Source: the human T2T-CHM13v2.0 reference genome, Homo sapiens. From it: a stretch of 64,000 nucleotides of DNA. A program made the translations under genes and the position numbers. This document shows positions 44,151-59,300 of this stretch, piece by piece; the stretch's first letter is position 1; each line of letters begins with the position of its first letter. Below the pieces are notes generated by a model. That model saw only the letters and a list, made by a program, of their open reading frames with translations. It ran no database searches and had not been told where the DNA came from. The DNA lies in assembly GCF_009914755.1 (NCBI RefSeq), contig NC_060931.1. One strand, 5' to 3'.

Positions 44151-46667
44151 CCACCAATAGTTGACCATTAAAGTTGTTCCTTTGTTTCATGAACTACCAG
44201 ATGTTTTACAAGTTTTCCTGTATTTGAGATATGGCATGTTCCAGACATGTGGTATGAAAAACTGGAAGTACTGGAGCAAGAATCAATAACAGAGTCAGAC
44301 TCAAATTTTCTATCAGTGGCCTTGGCTTGAGAAAACATCCACAGGGAGTTTCTGTGATAATAGCAAGAGCAAAAGAGCTCCTTGAAGCTGCATAAAGTTA
44401 GGTTTCTCTCTTACCCCAGCTGGTTTCTATGGCCAGAGGCAGAGATAACTATTTGATATTTAGATTCAAACCTTTTCTGATACCCCCATTTCTGTGATAG
44501 GCCAGAAGGAAGTTAAACAACTGCATTAATTATTTAAAGACGGGCCCCAGATATTCTCACTTGTATCAATGCCACTGCTTCCAAAGAGCTCTGCAGCCAT
44601 TATTGAGAAACTTAGCTGGGCTATTTTTTTTTCTTAATAACACATCTGGAAGATGTTGAAGGCATAGTTAAATAGCTTAGATAAATCTCAAGTTCGTTCC
44701 TGATATTAATTGCTCAATGAGCAGCAGATTCTGAATAGGTATGCACATCCTATATAACATAATCAAGTGCTGTGTGGAGTACAAAACTTTTTCTCTTATC
44801 ACAATGACTGCTTATTTCCTCAACTGGGAGCTACATGAGTTTAAAACCCTTAAAGGTTTTGTAGTGTGCTCATCACTACCTAATAATTAGTGTTTTATTA
44901 GGTCTGTGCAGGTTGCAATTTGCAAAAACCCACTAAATTAGCTTGTAGAAAAAGAAAGAAAATATTTTTAGAATGCAAAATTGTCTTATAAATCCAAAGA
45001 ATCCAGAAGCCGAAGAATCCAGATTTAGTCAGACCTCGAAAAGAAACTGTAACCAGGAACACAAATCCCAACAGCACCTTCCTGTCTCTCATGTCTGCCT
45101 TTCCTTAAGACTGCGTCAAAATTCTAGCTCATAGAATACCACTTTTCCTTACTACACGTCCATGTGATAGACAGAACAAAGCTGACTATATCTTTGGGGT
45201 TTATAGCTCCTCTGTTGAAAAGACCAGCTATACTTCATTATGATTCCATGTGCCTGCAAGGAAATTCTGACTGCCCATACTTAGTTTAGTTACTCAACCC
45301 TAAGTAAACCAAGAATGGAGTGAGGTTATTTAATTGTAACTATTTGTGGGGTATGGTTCCTAACATGGTAGTAGAGCAACTGGGAAAATAATAATAATAA
45401 TGATAATATCAAAGGTTACTTGACAAATGCTCTTAGCCTTTAAAAGAAAAAATATAGACCATGATTTCTAATTACAAATTAATCAGTTGGGTCATATAGT
45501 ACCACTGAAGAAGTGGTTGAAGCTCTGTGTTACGTGACTTTTAATACCTTCTTTAGAAATGGTTGAGTTACCTTATTTTTAAAAATTACACAGTTAATAA
45601 AATCAAAATGATAAGGAGACTGTGCTTCACTGTTCATTTATTCAAACATTGATATTTCCTGGAGGTCACAAAATAACTAAGTATTATTACAAAGAATAAG
45701 AGGAAAACCTGAATTTAGCTAGAGCTGGACACTGTAGTTACCAGGAAAGGCCTTTTTGAGAAAATAACATTCAAGCTAAGATCTGAGAATTAATTGAATG
45801 AAGAGTAGAGGCAAGAGAAACACAAACAAAGGGAATATTAAATGTAAAATTCAACAAACTAGAACAAACAATAGTAAAAGCTGTTAACATTAAATCTAAG
45901 TTAAAACAGTCAACCAGAGAGCACACTGAAGTACATAACTGAGGAGGAAATATGATATATTACCCTGTGCCAAATGGTTGTTTAATTTTTAATTACATTA
46001 AATTACCACAAATATTTAATTAGACACAGGTGGTAACATAGCATCCCTTTTTTGTTCTCACTTCTGAAATAGTATACTGTGAGTTTTTTGTCTGCAATCT
46101 ATATGGATATATACATATTCATGGAGCGCTAGTGAGTGTAGATGGAACAGCCTGAAAGAAAGCTTTCCAAGAATAAAAACATTCCGATATTGATAAACAA
46201 CTGCCAGATTCACAGTTTCCAGTCCTGTGCACAGACCAGCTGTGCTGTTAGTTATAACTTCTGGCATGAGTATAAATCTTAGCTTCATTTCATCCCCAGA
46301 GATTCACTACTTGTCCAGGCAAGTTCAACAATACATGTTTTGAATTACAGGAAGATGGCAATGGTGGCAGAGTTTTTGAATCTCCCTAAATCCCCTCCAA
46401 AAGAGAGAAAGGGACTAGAATTTTAAAACCAAAGCCCACAGACAATATTAACAAGAGAAAAGGGTGAAAGTGTAGCCATAACCCCACAACCCCAAATATG
46501 AGCAGGTGTAGACAAACCGTGATTATTAAAGGACCTGGGTGATATCTGTAGCAATGCGGGAAAAACCAGAGGCCAAAGACCCCAACTAACAGGTAGTGCT
46601 CAGTAAAGAATACAGTGAGTCAGGCTGAGAACCTCAGTGGATATTCCAGCTCAAGAGTAATTGTAAA

Positions 46668-46863
46668 GTGAAGACGCTTAAGATTTACTCTATTAGCAAA
46701 TTTCAAGTATATATACAGGATTGTTAACTATAGTCAGCTCGTGGTAATCACTTCACTGTGTGTATGTATATCAAATGGTCATGCTGTATAAATATATACA
46801 ACTTTTATTTGTCAATTATACTTCAATAAAACTGGAGTAAAACTTAAATGTTTTCAGAAATAA
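46668..46863 (+). mobile_element. Tiny L1MA9/10-L1MB-type 3' end with an inverted 5' part
   Basis: 46668-46736 is antisense L1M 3'UTR; 46737-46842 is the sense terminus 'gtcaattatacttcaataaaactgg'. Confidence 0.6.
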
Positions 46864-48309
46864 AAGAACAATTACAAGGGGTCCCTTTGAATATCTAAAG
46901 GGGCTGGAGCCATCACAATGCCTTGAGTATTCAAAACTGACCACCTGAAAATTCCCTTTGGATTGTACCCTCACATTAAAGAGAGTCACCTTGAAACAGA
47001 ATTCAAATTAAGCATGACTTTAAAAGTGTGCATGAAGAGAAGAGAAAGTTCAGAAAAAGTAGCGAAGGGACATAGAGTCTGGAGATCTTACAAAGAGGTT
47101 GTATTTCTAAATATATATTTTCTGAACAGGTGGCTCCAACACCTAGCATAATTCCCAGCAGATATTGAAATTGCTATAAAAACAAAAATCCTTTATAAGA
47201 ATGACAATTATGATGCCTTTTTTTCATACTGAATGCATTTTAGGTCAGTCCCTTAATTTCTGCCCATAAAAGAAATTATCTATTCAAATAGCTGAACATT
47301 TTTAAACTTATAAAATATCTCTTTTATAAGATAGAATTTTGATGCTAAAATAATTGAGTATAGCATAGAAAACATCACATCACAGCTTTCTTATTTCCTT
47401 TGTATTCAGAACTGAACCTGTGTTTGTGGGAAGTTTTAACTAATTAATTAGCTGAACATAATAAAAATATTACTCTAAAACTGATAAAGAACACAGTCTA
47501 CCAAAAAATATGCATTAAATACCCCATGTCTGTGCATGCAACCTAAAGGATATTCCAAACAAAGTATTCTAAAATGATATTTCATACAAAATTCATACTG
47601 GAAATGGCTCATTTAACTCATTCTAAAAACAGCCTAATTTGGACTAATTTGGAGAGGCCCAGTATCCTCTAGATCTTCAGGCAGGTTTCAACAATCCCTC
47701 ATACATGGTTTAAATTAATAAGTGCAAAGTTGCAGACACCCTTCTGACATACAATTATTTTATCCTACACTTAGTATTTAAAGAAGTAGTGGCTGAACGG
47801 GGAGCAGAAAATTTAATTTCTTGAGTTGCTGTGGCTTTATTGGACTAAAGGTAGCAGTGATTGTACTAAATAGATTTTTTAAAAAGCTCTTTTCTGAGTA
47901 CCATTCTCATAGTGGCCATGCTATTACATTCATACAATTTTAGTGCAATGCTTGGATTGTAATAGCCTTTGGACACCTGTGCATTGTAGTGCAAGATGTA
48001 ACACATTATTATTTGTGACACCCCCTCAAATGCCAATTTACTAAACTACAGATTGCTTTCTAGGCCCAATAAATCTTTACAAACCTATCTAAAGTGGATG
48101 TACTATACTCTTTTCTCCCTTCCTCCATTCGTTTTGTGCAGTAAATTATATGAAGTGGTTATTATATCATGGTTTTTATTAATCTGAAATTATTGTTCAT
48201 ATTTAATGACATTTGAGGAAAAAGTAAGGATATATTCATTAATCCAGTTGTCATAGTAATTATATTCTCAGAAATGTATTATTATTGTAATCATTATCAC
48301 TTCTTATTT

Positions 48310-48545
48310 GGGCAGCAGTTCACACATTTCACATATAACAGTGTGGTTTTGTATTTGTTTAATCCTCTCAAAATCTCTGTGAGATACAGAGAGCAAACGG
48401 TATCTATATTTCATAAAAGAACAGTGACTAAAAATTTTCATGATTTACCCACAGTCACGCTGACAGTAAATAGCAGAATCTGAATTTGAATTTATTCTTG
48501 CTGATTGCAAGATCGGTGCTTTTTTCACTGTTCCTAACTGCCTCA
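48310..48545 (-). mobile_element. MIR
   Basis: 'tttaatcctctcaaaatctctgtgag...atgatttacccacagtcacgctgacagtaaatagcagaatctgaatttgaa'. Confidence 0.6.
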
Positions 48546-49310
48546 AAAAAAAAAAGAGCCATATAGATTATTAGATAAGTTCTTCAGTGTGCATATTTCA
48601 ATTTAGCTGTGGTTTACTTTGCCTCTGTGGAAAGCATAAAATGGAAGAATGGTTAAGAGGTTATTTGCAATAATCCAGGAGAGAAACAATGGTGAGTTGA
48701 ATGAGAGTAATAGAGTTGGAGGCCATGTCTACAAATGTTTTCAAAATAAAACTAACAAGATTTGCTGATATGGGAATAAAAAACAGAATGATATCATGAT
48801 TTTTTATCTAAGCAATTAGAAGAATGCGATTACTGTTTGTTTAGATGGGGGACAGTGGGAGATATGTGTTTTAGATATCAAGTTTCAGGAGCTTAGGTTT
48901 TGAGCTTGTTAAATTTGAGAGATCTGTTAGACATCCGAGTGGGTACACTGAGTAGATGGAGAAGTGGGTAAGTTTGAAGTTTGAATTATATGTTGGGCTG
49001 GAGATATGCCTAGCGATTCATAAATGTATAGATATTGTTTATATTTATACATAAGTGTACAGATATTGTTTTTAAAAAACTGGATGAAGACTGTGAAGAC
49101 AACATGGTTTCTTAAAATCCAAATGAAGAGTATATTTCAAAAACGTAAAAGTTTTTAAATTTTTTTTAATTTTAAAATGAAAGCATTAATTTTTTTAAGT
49201 TGTAGCAATCATCGGTGTTAAAGAATGCTTATACACGGAGTAAAATTAAGGCCAAGAATTGATTATTGTCTCTTGCAGTAGAGTTCTTTATGTGTTTAAC
49301 AAGAGCTATT

Positions 49311-49594
<284 letters not shown>

Positions 49595-50232
49595 TAACAA
49601 TAGCTATTTTGATTGAGTGGTAGGTGCCAAAAACTGGAGTGATTTCCAGAGAGAAAAAGAAATGGAATCAGTGATTACAGAATTTTTTAAAAGAATTATT
49701 TAAAGTATTTCTTTAAAATTTTCTGTAATTCTTTTTTGTTTTGCTGTAAAGAGGAAGGAGAAACAGGGTAGAAACTGGAGGAGAATAAGGGTCAAGAAAG
49801 TTTTTATTTGCTTCTTTTTTAAGGCAAAATGACAGCACGATTGTATACTGATGGATAATCCAGTGGAGCAGGAAAAACTGATGCTACAAGGGAGAAAAAA
49901 GAATTGTTAAAGCAAAGTCTTTGAAGAGGCAAAAAGGGATGGGATTCACTGTAAAGTAGAGGTTCGTATGATATAAAAACATGAACTGTTTCTCAACAGT
50001 AATGGAAGAGGAGACAAAGAATCTGGTCTGATATAGGCAGGCTGACATGCTTAGTGGTAAGATCATATGGAAATTTCCTTTTAATGACTTCAATTTTATA
50101 AATGAACTAGAAAGCAAAAATGTTATCTAAGAGAGGGCATGCCAGAACTATACTATTTCATTTACAATAGTTTCACAGTGTGTTCCTCCAATATTTTTAT
50201 ATTTTCCACAGTGCTTTTGTTCTATTTGCTAG

Positions 50233-50556
<324 letters not shown>

Positions 50557-51154
50557 CATATATTATTCTTTTAAATGGCCTACAGTATCAGCCTTTCAGA
50601 TTCAAACAAAGGAAAAATAGAATTTTGACTGAAATTAAATGTATGAATTTGAACATAATCAGCAGCTTAACAATATCATGTCTTTCTAGAAAACTGACCT
50701 GTCTCTCCACTTATTCCAGGCTTCTTTTATGTCCTCTAATAAAGTTTTATATTTTTCTATTTTCAGTTTTGTTCGCATGTTGTCAAATTCAATTCTCAAT
50801 ATTTTATATTTTTGCTTTTATTTTGGAATGTGAGCTATCCTTCTCTTATCTCATCCTATAGCATTTAAGACTAGACTGGATATTACTTATACAAAGGAAG
50901 GTAATTCAATTTCTGCCAACTGGTATTCTTGTGACTTTATCCCCACAAATTTCTCTCTCTGCAGCTGAAAAACACAAACTCAATAACCTCTGTAATTAAA
51001 AAAAATTAAATATAAAAATATTTACATTATTCCTATTGTACTGACTAGACAATTGAGTCTCAAAGACGATAATTTATCCAACATAATTGTGTGAATAATG
51101 ACAAAAAAACACCCAGTTTTGGGAAAATTACAAATGCAATTTCTAGCAGACACT

Positions 51155-51620
51155 GCTTGGTTATCTAGTGTTTTGAAATAAACAACTCCAAAACTTCGTG
51201 GCTTGAAATAAGCATTATTTATCTTATTACAGTTGTTTGGGTTGATAATTTAGACAGAGCTTAGCTGGGATGGCTTGTCTTTGCTCCATGTTATGCTGAC
51301 TTGACTCACTCATCTAGTTGCAGTTAACTGGCAGGGCAGCTGGAGCCTGGCTGGTCCCAGATGGCCACACACTTTGTGGCTGGTAGTTGCCTGGCACTCA
51401 TAAGGTGCCTTCATTTTCCTCCACCTAGCCTATCCAGCAGACTATCTTGGGCATCCTGGGCTTCAAGAAGAAAACCGCGATGTACCAGCACAAGCCTCTG
51501 CTTGTGTTCATATGTGCAGATGACCCATTAGACAAATCAAGTCACATGACCAAACCCATAGTGATTATAGAAAGAACCTATAATGAGAAACCTGATTCAT
51601 TTGGAGTTACTAATATAATT
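51155..51620 (-). mobile_element. MLT1H-like solo LTR
   Basis: 'ccaaaacttcgtggcttgaaataa...agcttagctgggatggcttgtctttgctcca...caagtcacatgaccaaaccc'. Confidence 0.65.
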
Positions 51621-54600
51621 TGTTCTAGCCCTTAGCAGAATATTTCTACATTTTCTAGAACCACAGTATAAAATTTCAACTGGTCAGAGTTTAGGAAGCA
51701 TGCATAGTAAGCCTAGTGAGGTAATTTGTGGGGATTCTTACTTTCAGTTTTGAGGTATAATTAGTACACAAAAAACTTAAAAAGCAAGAAAAAAGAATGC
51801 AACTTTTATAGGTGATTAAATATGTTTATTACCTGGGTTATATTTAGTTGTTTTAGTTTAAAATCTTTACTCTCATATCCCTAATTTTCCTCCTATCAAT
51901 CTGCTACAGATGTCTGACATTTCAGCATTAGATAGCAAATCATTTGTGTTAAGAATTTATTCCTTATAAAACAACATACATATTTAGGAAATAGACTCAA
52001 CATAAATTTATCAGAAAATTTCCCATGGGACTGCTAGCCCTCAGTACCTACATTTGGAATAAATAAGGATTTGTGCTCTATTTAAGGGAAAGAATGGGAG
52101 ATCATAATTTTCGGGGTAAGATTGCTGCTCTGAGATAATTCTTGACTGAATATCACCTTTAGAAGTCCCTGAAAAGTCACCAGGATACAAGGGAAGGGAG
52201 CAAACTTTGAAGACTTACTTTATGTTTCAGTGAGTCTCAGAGTTTAAGTTTCAAAGTAGACAATCCTTCAGCAACTTTACCTTTGATTCATGTAATTCCT
52301 ATGAACTTGTCTCCTATGCATTTGCTATCAAAAATAGCTTAATAAAATTTTTCTCGCCAAAAGTGTTTCTCCTTGCCGCATTTGGATTTTCAATTCATGG
52401 CAGTTTTTAATGGTGAGAAATACATTCTAAAGAACGGACATTTCTAACACTGGTATTTAGATTTTGTGTACTCACAGAAAATTTCTGTTTTCATTTCCTC
52501 ATTTCTACAAAAAGAAAATAAGATTATTTCTATCCAATTTCAGGTAAAAGGTATAATGATGAAGCTTATATTATTCTAAAACTGCCTCAAGCTTCTTGAA
52601 ATAGTGACATTGCATAACCATACTATTCTACCTTTAGTCCTACATGGTAATATGAAATAATGACCCAACAGCAAGAACCAAATAGCAGATTATAAATTAG
52701 GGTCAGTCTAACCCTCTAACATTAAGACTTATCATTTATTTCAATTACCATTAGTTTAACACCCATTATATATATATTAATATGTTTCAGTCTCTATGAT
52801 TATATTTTATTTTCTTAGTATTGATGCAGATATAGTCAATACTTCCAGAGGGAAACACTTATAGTCAATATATTAGGTCTAAAATGAGAGGAGCAAGATG
52901 GTGGAACAGAAAGCTTCGCTGATCGTCTACCCTGCAAGGACACCAAGTTAACAACTATCTACACAGAAAATAATACCTTCATAAGAACCAAAAATCAGTT
53001 TACCACTCACAGGACCTGGTTTTACCTTCAAATGATTGAAAGAAGCACAGGATATTTAAGAAAAAAAAAAAAAGTCCTGAATAACCGATACCACCCCTCT
53101 TTGACCCCCTACCTGCCTCCTCCACATCTGTGGCTTGGTGCGGAGAGCATCTCTGGGCACTGTGGGAGAGAGAACACAGCAATTATGAGTCATTGAATTC
53201 AGTGCTGTCCTGTTAGAACAGAAAGGAAAACTGGATCAAACTCAGCTGACCCCTGCCCATGGAGACAACATTTAATCGAGAGAGCACTAGCCACAGAGTC
53301 CAAACTTGAGTGCCTACAAACCTTACCATCAAGGGCTACAGCATTCTGTGTCTCTGAGTAAACTTGAAAGGCAATCTTTGGCCATAATGACTGAAAATTT
53401 TAGGTGAGTCCTAGTGCTACACTAGGCCTAGAGACAGTGGACTTTGGGTCCATGGGGGGACATGACATATTTAGACACCAGCTGTAGCAGCCAAGGGAGT
53501 GCTTGTATCACCATGCTGATAACCCCAGACTGCACAGATTAAGGCTTCAAAAGAGACCCCTTCCTTTTGCTTAGGGAGAGGAGAGGAGGGGGAAGAGTGG
53601 GGAGGACTCTGTCTTGCATTTAGGATACCAGCTCAGCCACAGCATGATAAGGAATGGTCAAAGTAATGAGGCTCCCGTTCCAGGCCCTAGTTTTCAGATG
53701 ACATTTCTAGACACATCTTGGGCCAGAAGGGAACCCACTGCCTTGGAAGAACAGACCCAGTCCTGGCAGCATACATCACCTGCTAACCAAAGAACCCTTG
53801 GGTCATGAATAGCCAGCAGTGATACCCAGATACTACACTGAGAGCCTTAGGTGAGCCTCTGAGACTAGCTGACTTAAGGTGAGACTCAGCACATAAACAG
53901 CTATGGTAGCTATGGGGCAAAACTGCTTCTGCTTGAGAAAAGCAGAGAGAAAAGTGAAGACGACTTTGTGTTAACACCTTAGGTACTAGCATGGTCACAG
54001 GGAATAGAGCACCAAGTGGGTTCTTGGGTTCCCTGATTCCAGGACTTGACACTTAGATGGCATTGCTGAACCAGCCCTAGGTCAGAGGGGTGCCCAATGC
54101 CCTGAAGAGTAAGTCTCAGGCCAGGCAGCAGAATTCATGAGAAGCTTACTTAAGAGACCTTGGGCCTTATGTGAGCATTGGTGGTAGTACTCCTCATGGC
54201 CTGGGGTGGCAGTGGCTATGCGGTGAGGCTTTTTTCCAAAAACCTCTTTGCTTTTGGAAGGAGGAGGCAAGAGTGGTAAGGATTGCATCTTGTGGTTTGA
54301 GTGACAGCTCAGCTGTAGTAAAACAGAACACCAAGTGGACTTCTAAGGTTTTTTATATCTAGTTCCTGACTCCCATATGGCACTTCTGAGCCCACCCAGG
54401 GCCTTCGGAACCACACTGCTCTAAAAAAAAGGACACAGGCCTGGCTGGCTTTGACATCTGCTGATTGTAGAGCCCCAGGACCTTGAGTGAATGTAGGCAG
54501 TAGCCAGGGAGTAGTTACGGCAGGCCTTGGGCAAGACCTAGCACTGTGCTGGCTTAAGATCTGACCAGCGCAGCCATAGTGGTAGTGGCCACAGGGGTGC

Positions 54601-54638
54601 TTATGTCACTTCATCCCTAGGTTTAGGTGACTCAGAAC

Positions 54639-54641
<3 letters not shown>

Positions 54642-54674
<33 letters not shown>
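54642..54674. repeat. (AG)n microsatellite in the L1MA 5'UTR
   Basis: Read directly. Confidence 0.95.
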
Positions 54675-54677
<3 letters not shown>

Positions 54678-56374
54678 ACTCTGTATGTTTAGGAAAAAGT
54701 AAGGAAAGAGAATAAGAGTCTCTACCTGGTAATCCAGAGAATTCTCCCAGATCTTGCCCAAAACCATGAAGGCAGTACCTCTACTAGTCTGCAAGAATCA
54801 CCGAGATATTGGGTTTGGGGTGCTCCTAAAGCAGATACAGCTAAGATCACAACACCTAAGTCCTTTCAAACATCTGTAAAGCTTTCCCAAGAAGGATGGC
54901 TACGAACAAGCCCAGCCAGTGAAGACTACAATAAATACCTAACTCTTCAATGCCCAGATACTGATGAACATCTACTAGCATCAACACCACCCAGGAAAAC
55001 ATGACCTCAGAAAATGAACTAAATAAGGCCCCAGAAACGAATCCTGAAGAAACAGAGACATGTGACCTTTCAGACAGAGAACTCAAAATGGCTGTGTTGA
55101 GAAAACTCAAAGAAATTCAGGAGAAGGAATTCAGAATTATGTCAGATAAATTTAACAGAGATTGAAATAATAAAAGAATCAGGCAGAAATTCTTGAGCTG
55201 AAAAATGCAATGAGCATACTGAAGAATGCATCAGAGTCCTTTAATAAAAGAATGAATCAAGCAGAAGAATGAATTAGTGAACTTGAAGGCAGGCTATTTA
55301 AAAAAACACATTCAGAGGAGACAAAACAAAAAAGAATAAAAAACAATGAAGCATGCCTATGAGATCTAGAAAACAGCCTCAAAAGGGCCAATCCAAGAGT
55401 TATTGGCCTTAAAGAGAAGGTAGAGAAAGAGATAGGAGTAGAAACTTTATTCAAAGGGATAATAACAGAAAACTTCCTAAACCTAGAGAAAGATATCAGT
55501 ATCCAAGTACAACAAGGTTATAGAACACCAAGCAGATTTAATACAAAGAAGACATTCTCAAGACATTTAATAATCAAACTCCCGCAGTGCAAGGATAAAG
55601 AAAGGATTCTAAAAGCAGTAAGATAAAAGAAATAAATAGCATACAATGGAGCACCAATGCATCTAGCAGCAGATTTTTCAGTGGAAACCTTACAGACCAG
55701 GAGAGAGTGGCATGACATATTTAAAATGCTGAAGGAAAAAAAGCCTGCCCTAGAATAGTATATCTAGCAAAACTATCCTTCAAACATAGAGAAATAAAAA
55801 AAAAGCTGAGGGATTTTATCAATACCAGACTTGTCCTATAAGAAATGCTAAAGACAGTACTTCAACCAGAAAGAAAGGAACATAAATGAGCAATAAATAA
55901 TCACCTGAAGATACAAAATTTACTGGTAATAGTAAGTACAGAGAAAAACACAGAATATTATAACACTGTAACTGTGGTATATAAACTACCTTTATCCTAA
56001 GTAGAAAGATGAAATGATGAACCAATAAAAAATAAGTATAACAACTTTTCAAGACATAGTACAATAAAATATAAACTGCAGAAGGTTTAAAAGGGAGGGA
56101 CAAAGTTAATGCATGGAGTTTTTTTAGTTTTCTTTTTGTTTGTTTTTTTAAGCAAATAGTGTTAAGCTGCCATCAGGTTAAAATAACGGATTATAAGACA
56201 CTATTTGCAAGTCTTATGGTAACCTCAAACTAAGAAACATACCATGGATACATAAAAAATAAAAATCAAAAGCTAAATCATATCACCAGATAAAATCACC
56301 TTCACTAGAGGAAGACAGGAAGGAAAAAAGGAAGAAAGACAAGACCGTTAAACTACCAGAAAACAAATAACAAA

Positions 56375-59300
56375 ATGGCAGGCGTTAAGTTCTTACTTAT
56401 TCCTAGAATAACATTCAATAATAATATTCAATAATAACATTGAATGAAAATTAAATTCTTCAACCAAATTACATAGACTGGATGAATGGATGGAAAAACA
56501 AGACCCATTGATCTGTTGCCTACAAGAAACACACTTTGCCTCTAAAGACACACACAGACTGAAAATAAAGGGATGGAAAAAAGATATTCCCTGCCAATGG
56601 AAGCTAATAAAGATCAGGAGTCATTATACTTATATGAGACAAAATAGATTTCAAGACAAAAACTATAAGAAGAGACAAAAGGTCACTATATAATAAACGG
56701 GATCAATTCAGTAAGAGGATATAATATTTTAAATATACATTTATGCAACACTAGAGCACCCAGATATATGAAGGAAGTATCATAAGAACTAAACAGTTAG
56801 GCCCCAATACAATAATAGCTAGAAACTTCAACACTCTACTTTTAGCATCTGACAAATCTTCTAGATAGAAAATCAAAAAAGAAAGATCAGATTTAATCTG
56901 CACTATAGACTAAATGGATCTAATACATATTTACAGAACATTTCATCCAAGAACTTAAGAATACATATTCTTTTTTTCAGCACTTGGATCATTCTCAAGG
57001 ATAGATCATATTTTAGTTCATAAAATAAGTCTTAAAACATTCAAAAATAAAATAATATCAAGCATCTTTTCTGACCACAGTAAAATAAAATTAGCAATTA
57101 ATAAAAAGAGAAATTCTGGAATCTATACAAATGCATGAAAATTAAACAGTATGTTCCTGAATGACCAATGTGTCAATGAAGAAATCAAGAAGGAAATTGA
57201 AAAAATTATCAAAACAGATAATAATGGAAACACAACATAGAAAAACCTATGGAATAGAGTGAAAGCAGCACTAAGAGGGATGTTTATGGCTGTAAATGCC
57301 TGCATCAAAAAAGAGAAAAAAATTTCAAACAAATAACTTAATGACACATCTTAAAAATTAGAAAAGCAATAGAAAACTACTCAAAATTAGTAGAAGGAAA
57401 AATAAGAATCAGAGTAGAAATAAAATAATTTGAAATGAGGAAGACAATACAAACGTCAACAAAACAAAAGGTTGGCTTTTTGTAAAGATAAAATTGACAA
57501 ATCTTTAGCCAGACTGATGAAGAAAAAAAAGGGAGAGGACCCAAATAAATAAAACCAGAGTTGAAAAAGGAAACATTACCACCGATACTGCAGAAATTCA
57601 AAAAATCATTAGTGGCTAATATGAGCAACTATATGCCAATAAATTGGGAAATCTAGAAGAAATGGACAAAGTCCTAGATATATACAACCTATCAAGATTG
57701 AACCAGGTAGAAATCCAAAACCTGAACAGACCACTAACAAGTAATGAGATTGAAGTCATAATAAAAAGTCTCCCAGTAAAGAAAAGCCTGGGACCTGATG
57801 GCTTTGTTGCTGAATTCTACCAAACATTTAAAGACAAATTAACACTAATCCTAATCCAATGTTCTGAAAAACCGAGGAGGAGAGCGTACTTCCAGACTCA
57901 TCCTATGAGGTCAGTATTACCCTGATGCCAAAAACCAGACAAAGGCACATCAAAAAAAGAAAATTACAGGCCAACATTTCTCATGAGGAAACATGCTCAA
58001 CAAAATACTAGCAAACCAAATTCAAAAATACATTAAAAAGATGATTCATCATTACCAAGTAGGATTTATCCCAGGGATGTAAGGACAGTTCAACATATGT
58101 AAATCAATCTATTTGCTACATCGTATCAACAGAATGAAGGACAACAATGATATGATCATTTCAATTGATGCTGAAAAAGCGTTTGATAAAATTCAACATC
58201 TCTTCCTGAAAAAAGCCCCCAAAAAAACTGGCTATGGAAGGAACATACCTCAACATAATAAAAGCCATATATGACACACCTACAGCAAGTATCATATTAA
58301 GTGTGGAAAAATAGAAGCCCTTTCCTCTTAGATCAGAAACATTGCAGGGATGCCTACCATCACCACTGTTATTCAACATAGTACTAGAAGTCCTAGTTAG
58401 AGCAATCAGACAAGAGAAAGAAATAAAGGGCATGTGAGTTGGAAAGGAAGAAGTCAAATTATCCTTATTTGCAGATGATATCATCTTATATTTGGAAAAA
58501 CCTAAAGACTCCACAGGAAAACTATTCAAACTGATAAATAAATTTAGTAAAGTTGCAGGATACAAAATCAACGTGCAAAAATCAGTAGTATTTCTATATA
58601 CCAACAGTGAACAATGTGAAAAACAAACAATTAAGTAATCCAATTTACAATAGCCATACATAAAATTAAAAACCTAGGAATTAACTTAAACAAAGAAGTG
58701 AAATATATCTATAATAAAAACCATAAGCACCAATGAAAGAAATCGAAGAGAACAAAAAAAAATGGAGAAAGTATTTTATGTTCCTGGATTGAAAGAATCC
58801 ATATTTTTAAAATGTTCATATTACCCAAAACAATGTACAGATTCAATGCAATCCCTACCAAAATGTCAATGACATTCTTCACATTTTTCACATAGAAAAA
58901 CAATCCCAAGAAGACCCAGAATAGCCAAAACTATTCTAAGCAAAAATAGCAAAACTGGAGGAATCACATCACCTGACTTCAAATTATACTACAGAGACAT
59001 AGTAACCAAAACAGAATGGTACTGGCATAAAAACAGACACATAGACAAATGGAACAGAATAGAGAACCCAGAAACAAATCCACACACATACAGTGAATTC
59101 ATTTTGACAAAGGAGCCAAAAATATATACTGGGGAAACGATGGTCTTTTCAGTAAATGATGCTGCTAAAGGTAGATCTCCAGATGCAAAAGAATGAAACT
59201 AGATCTCTATCTACCACCATATACAAAAATCAAATAAAAATGGATTAAAGACTTATATATAAGACCTCAAACTATGAATCTACTACAGAAAAGTATTGAG

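Noticed and set aside
44910-46650. Possible old ERVL LTR (~44.9-45.4 kb), L2 pieces (~45.6-45.9 kb) and an L1M/HAL1 5' end (~46.35-46.65 kb)
   Set aside because: Too diverged to assign families or boundaries without profile searches.
58161-58661. 166 aa minus-strand ORF
   Set aside because: Antisense shadow of L1 ORF2 RT; the same shadow peptides occur at 29572 and 35845.
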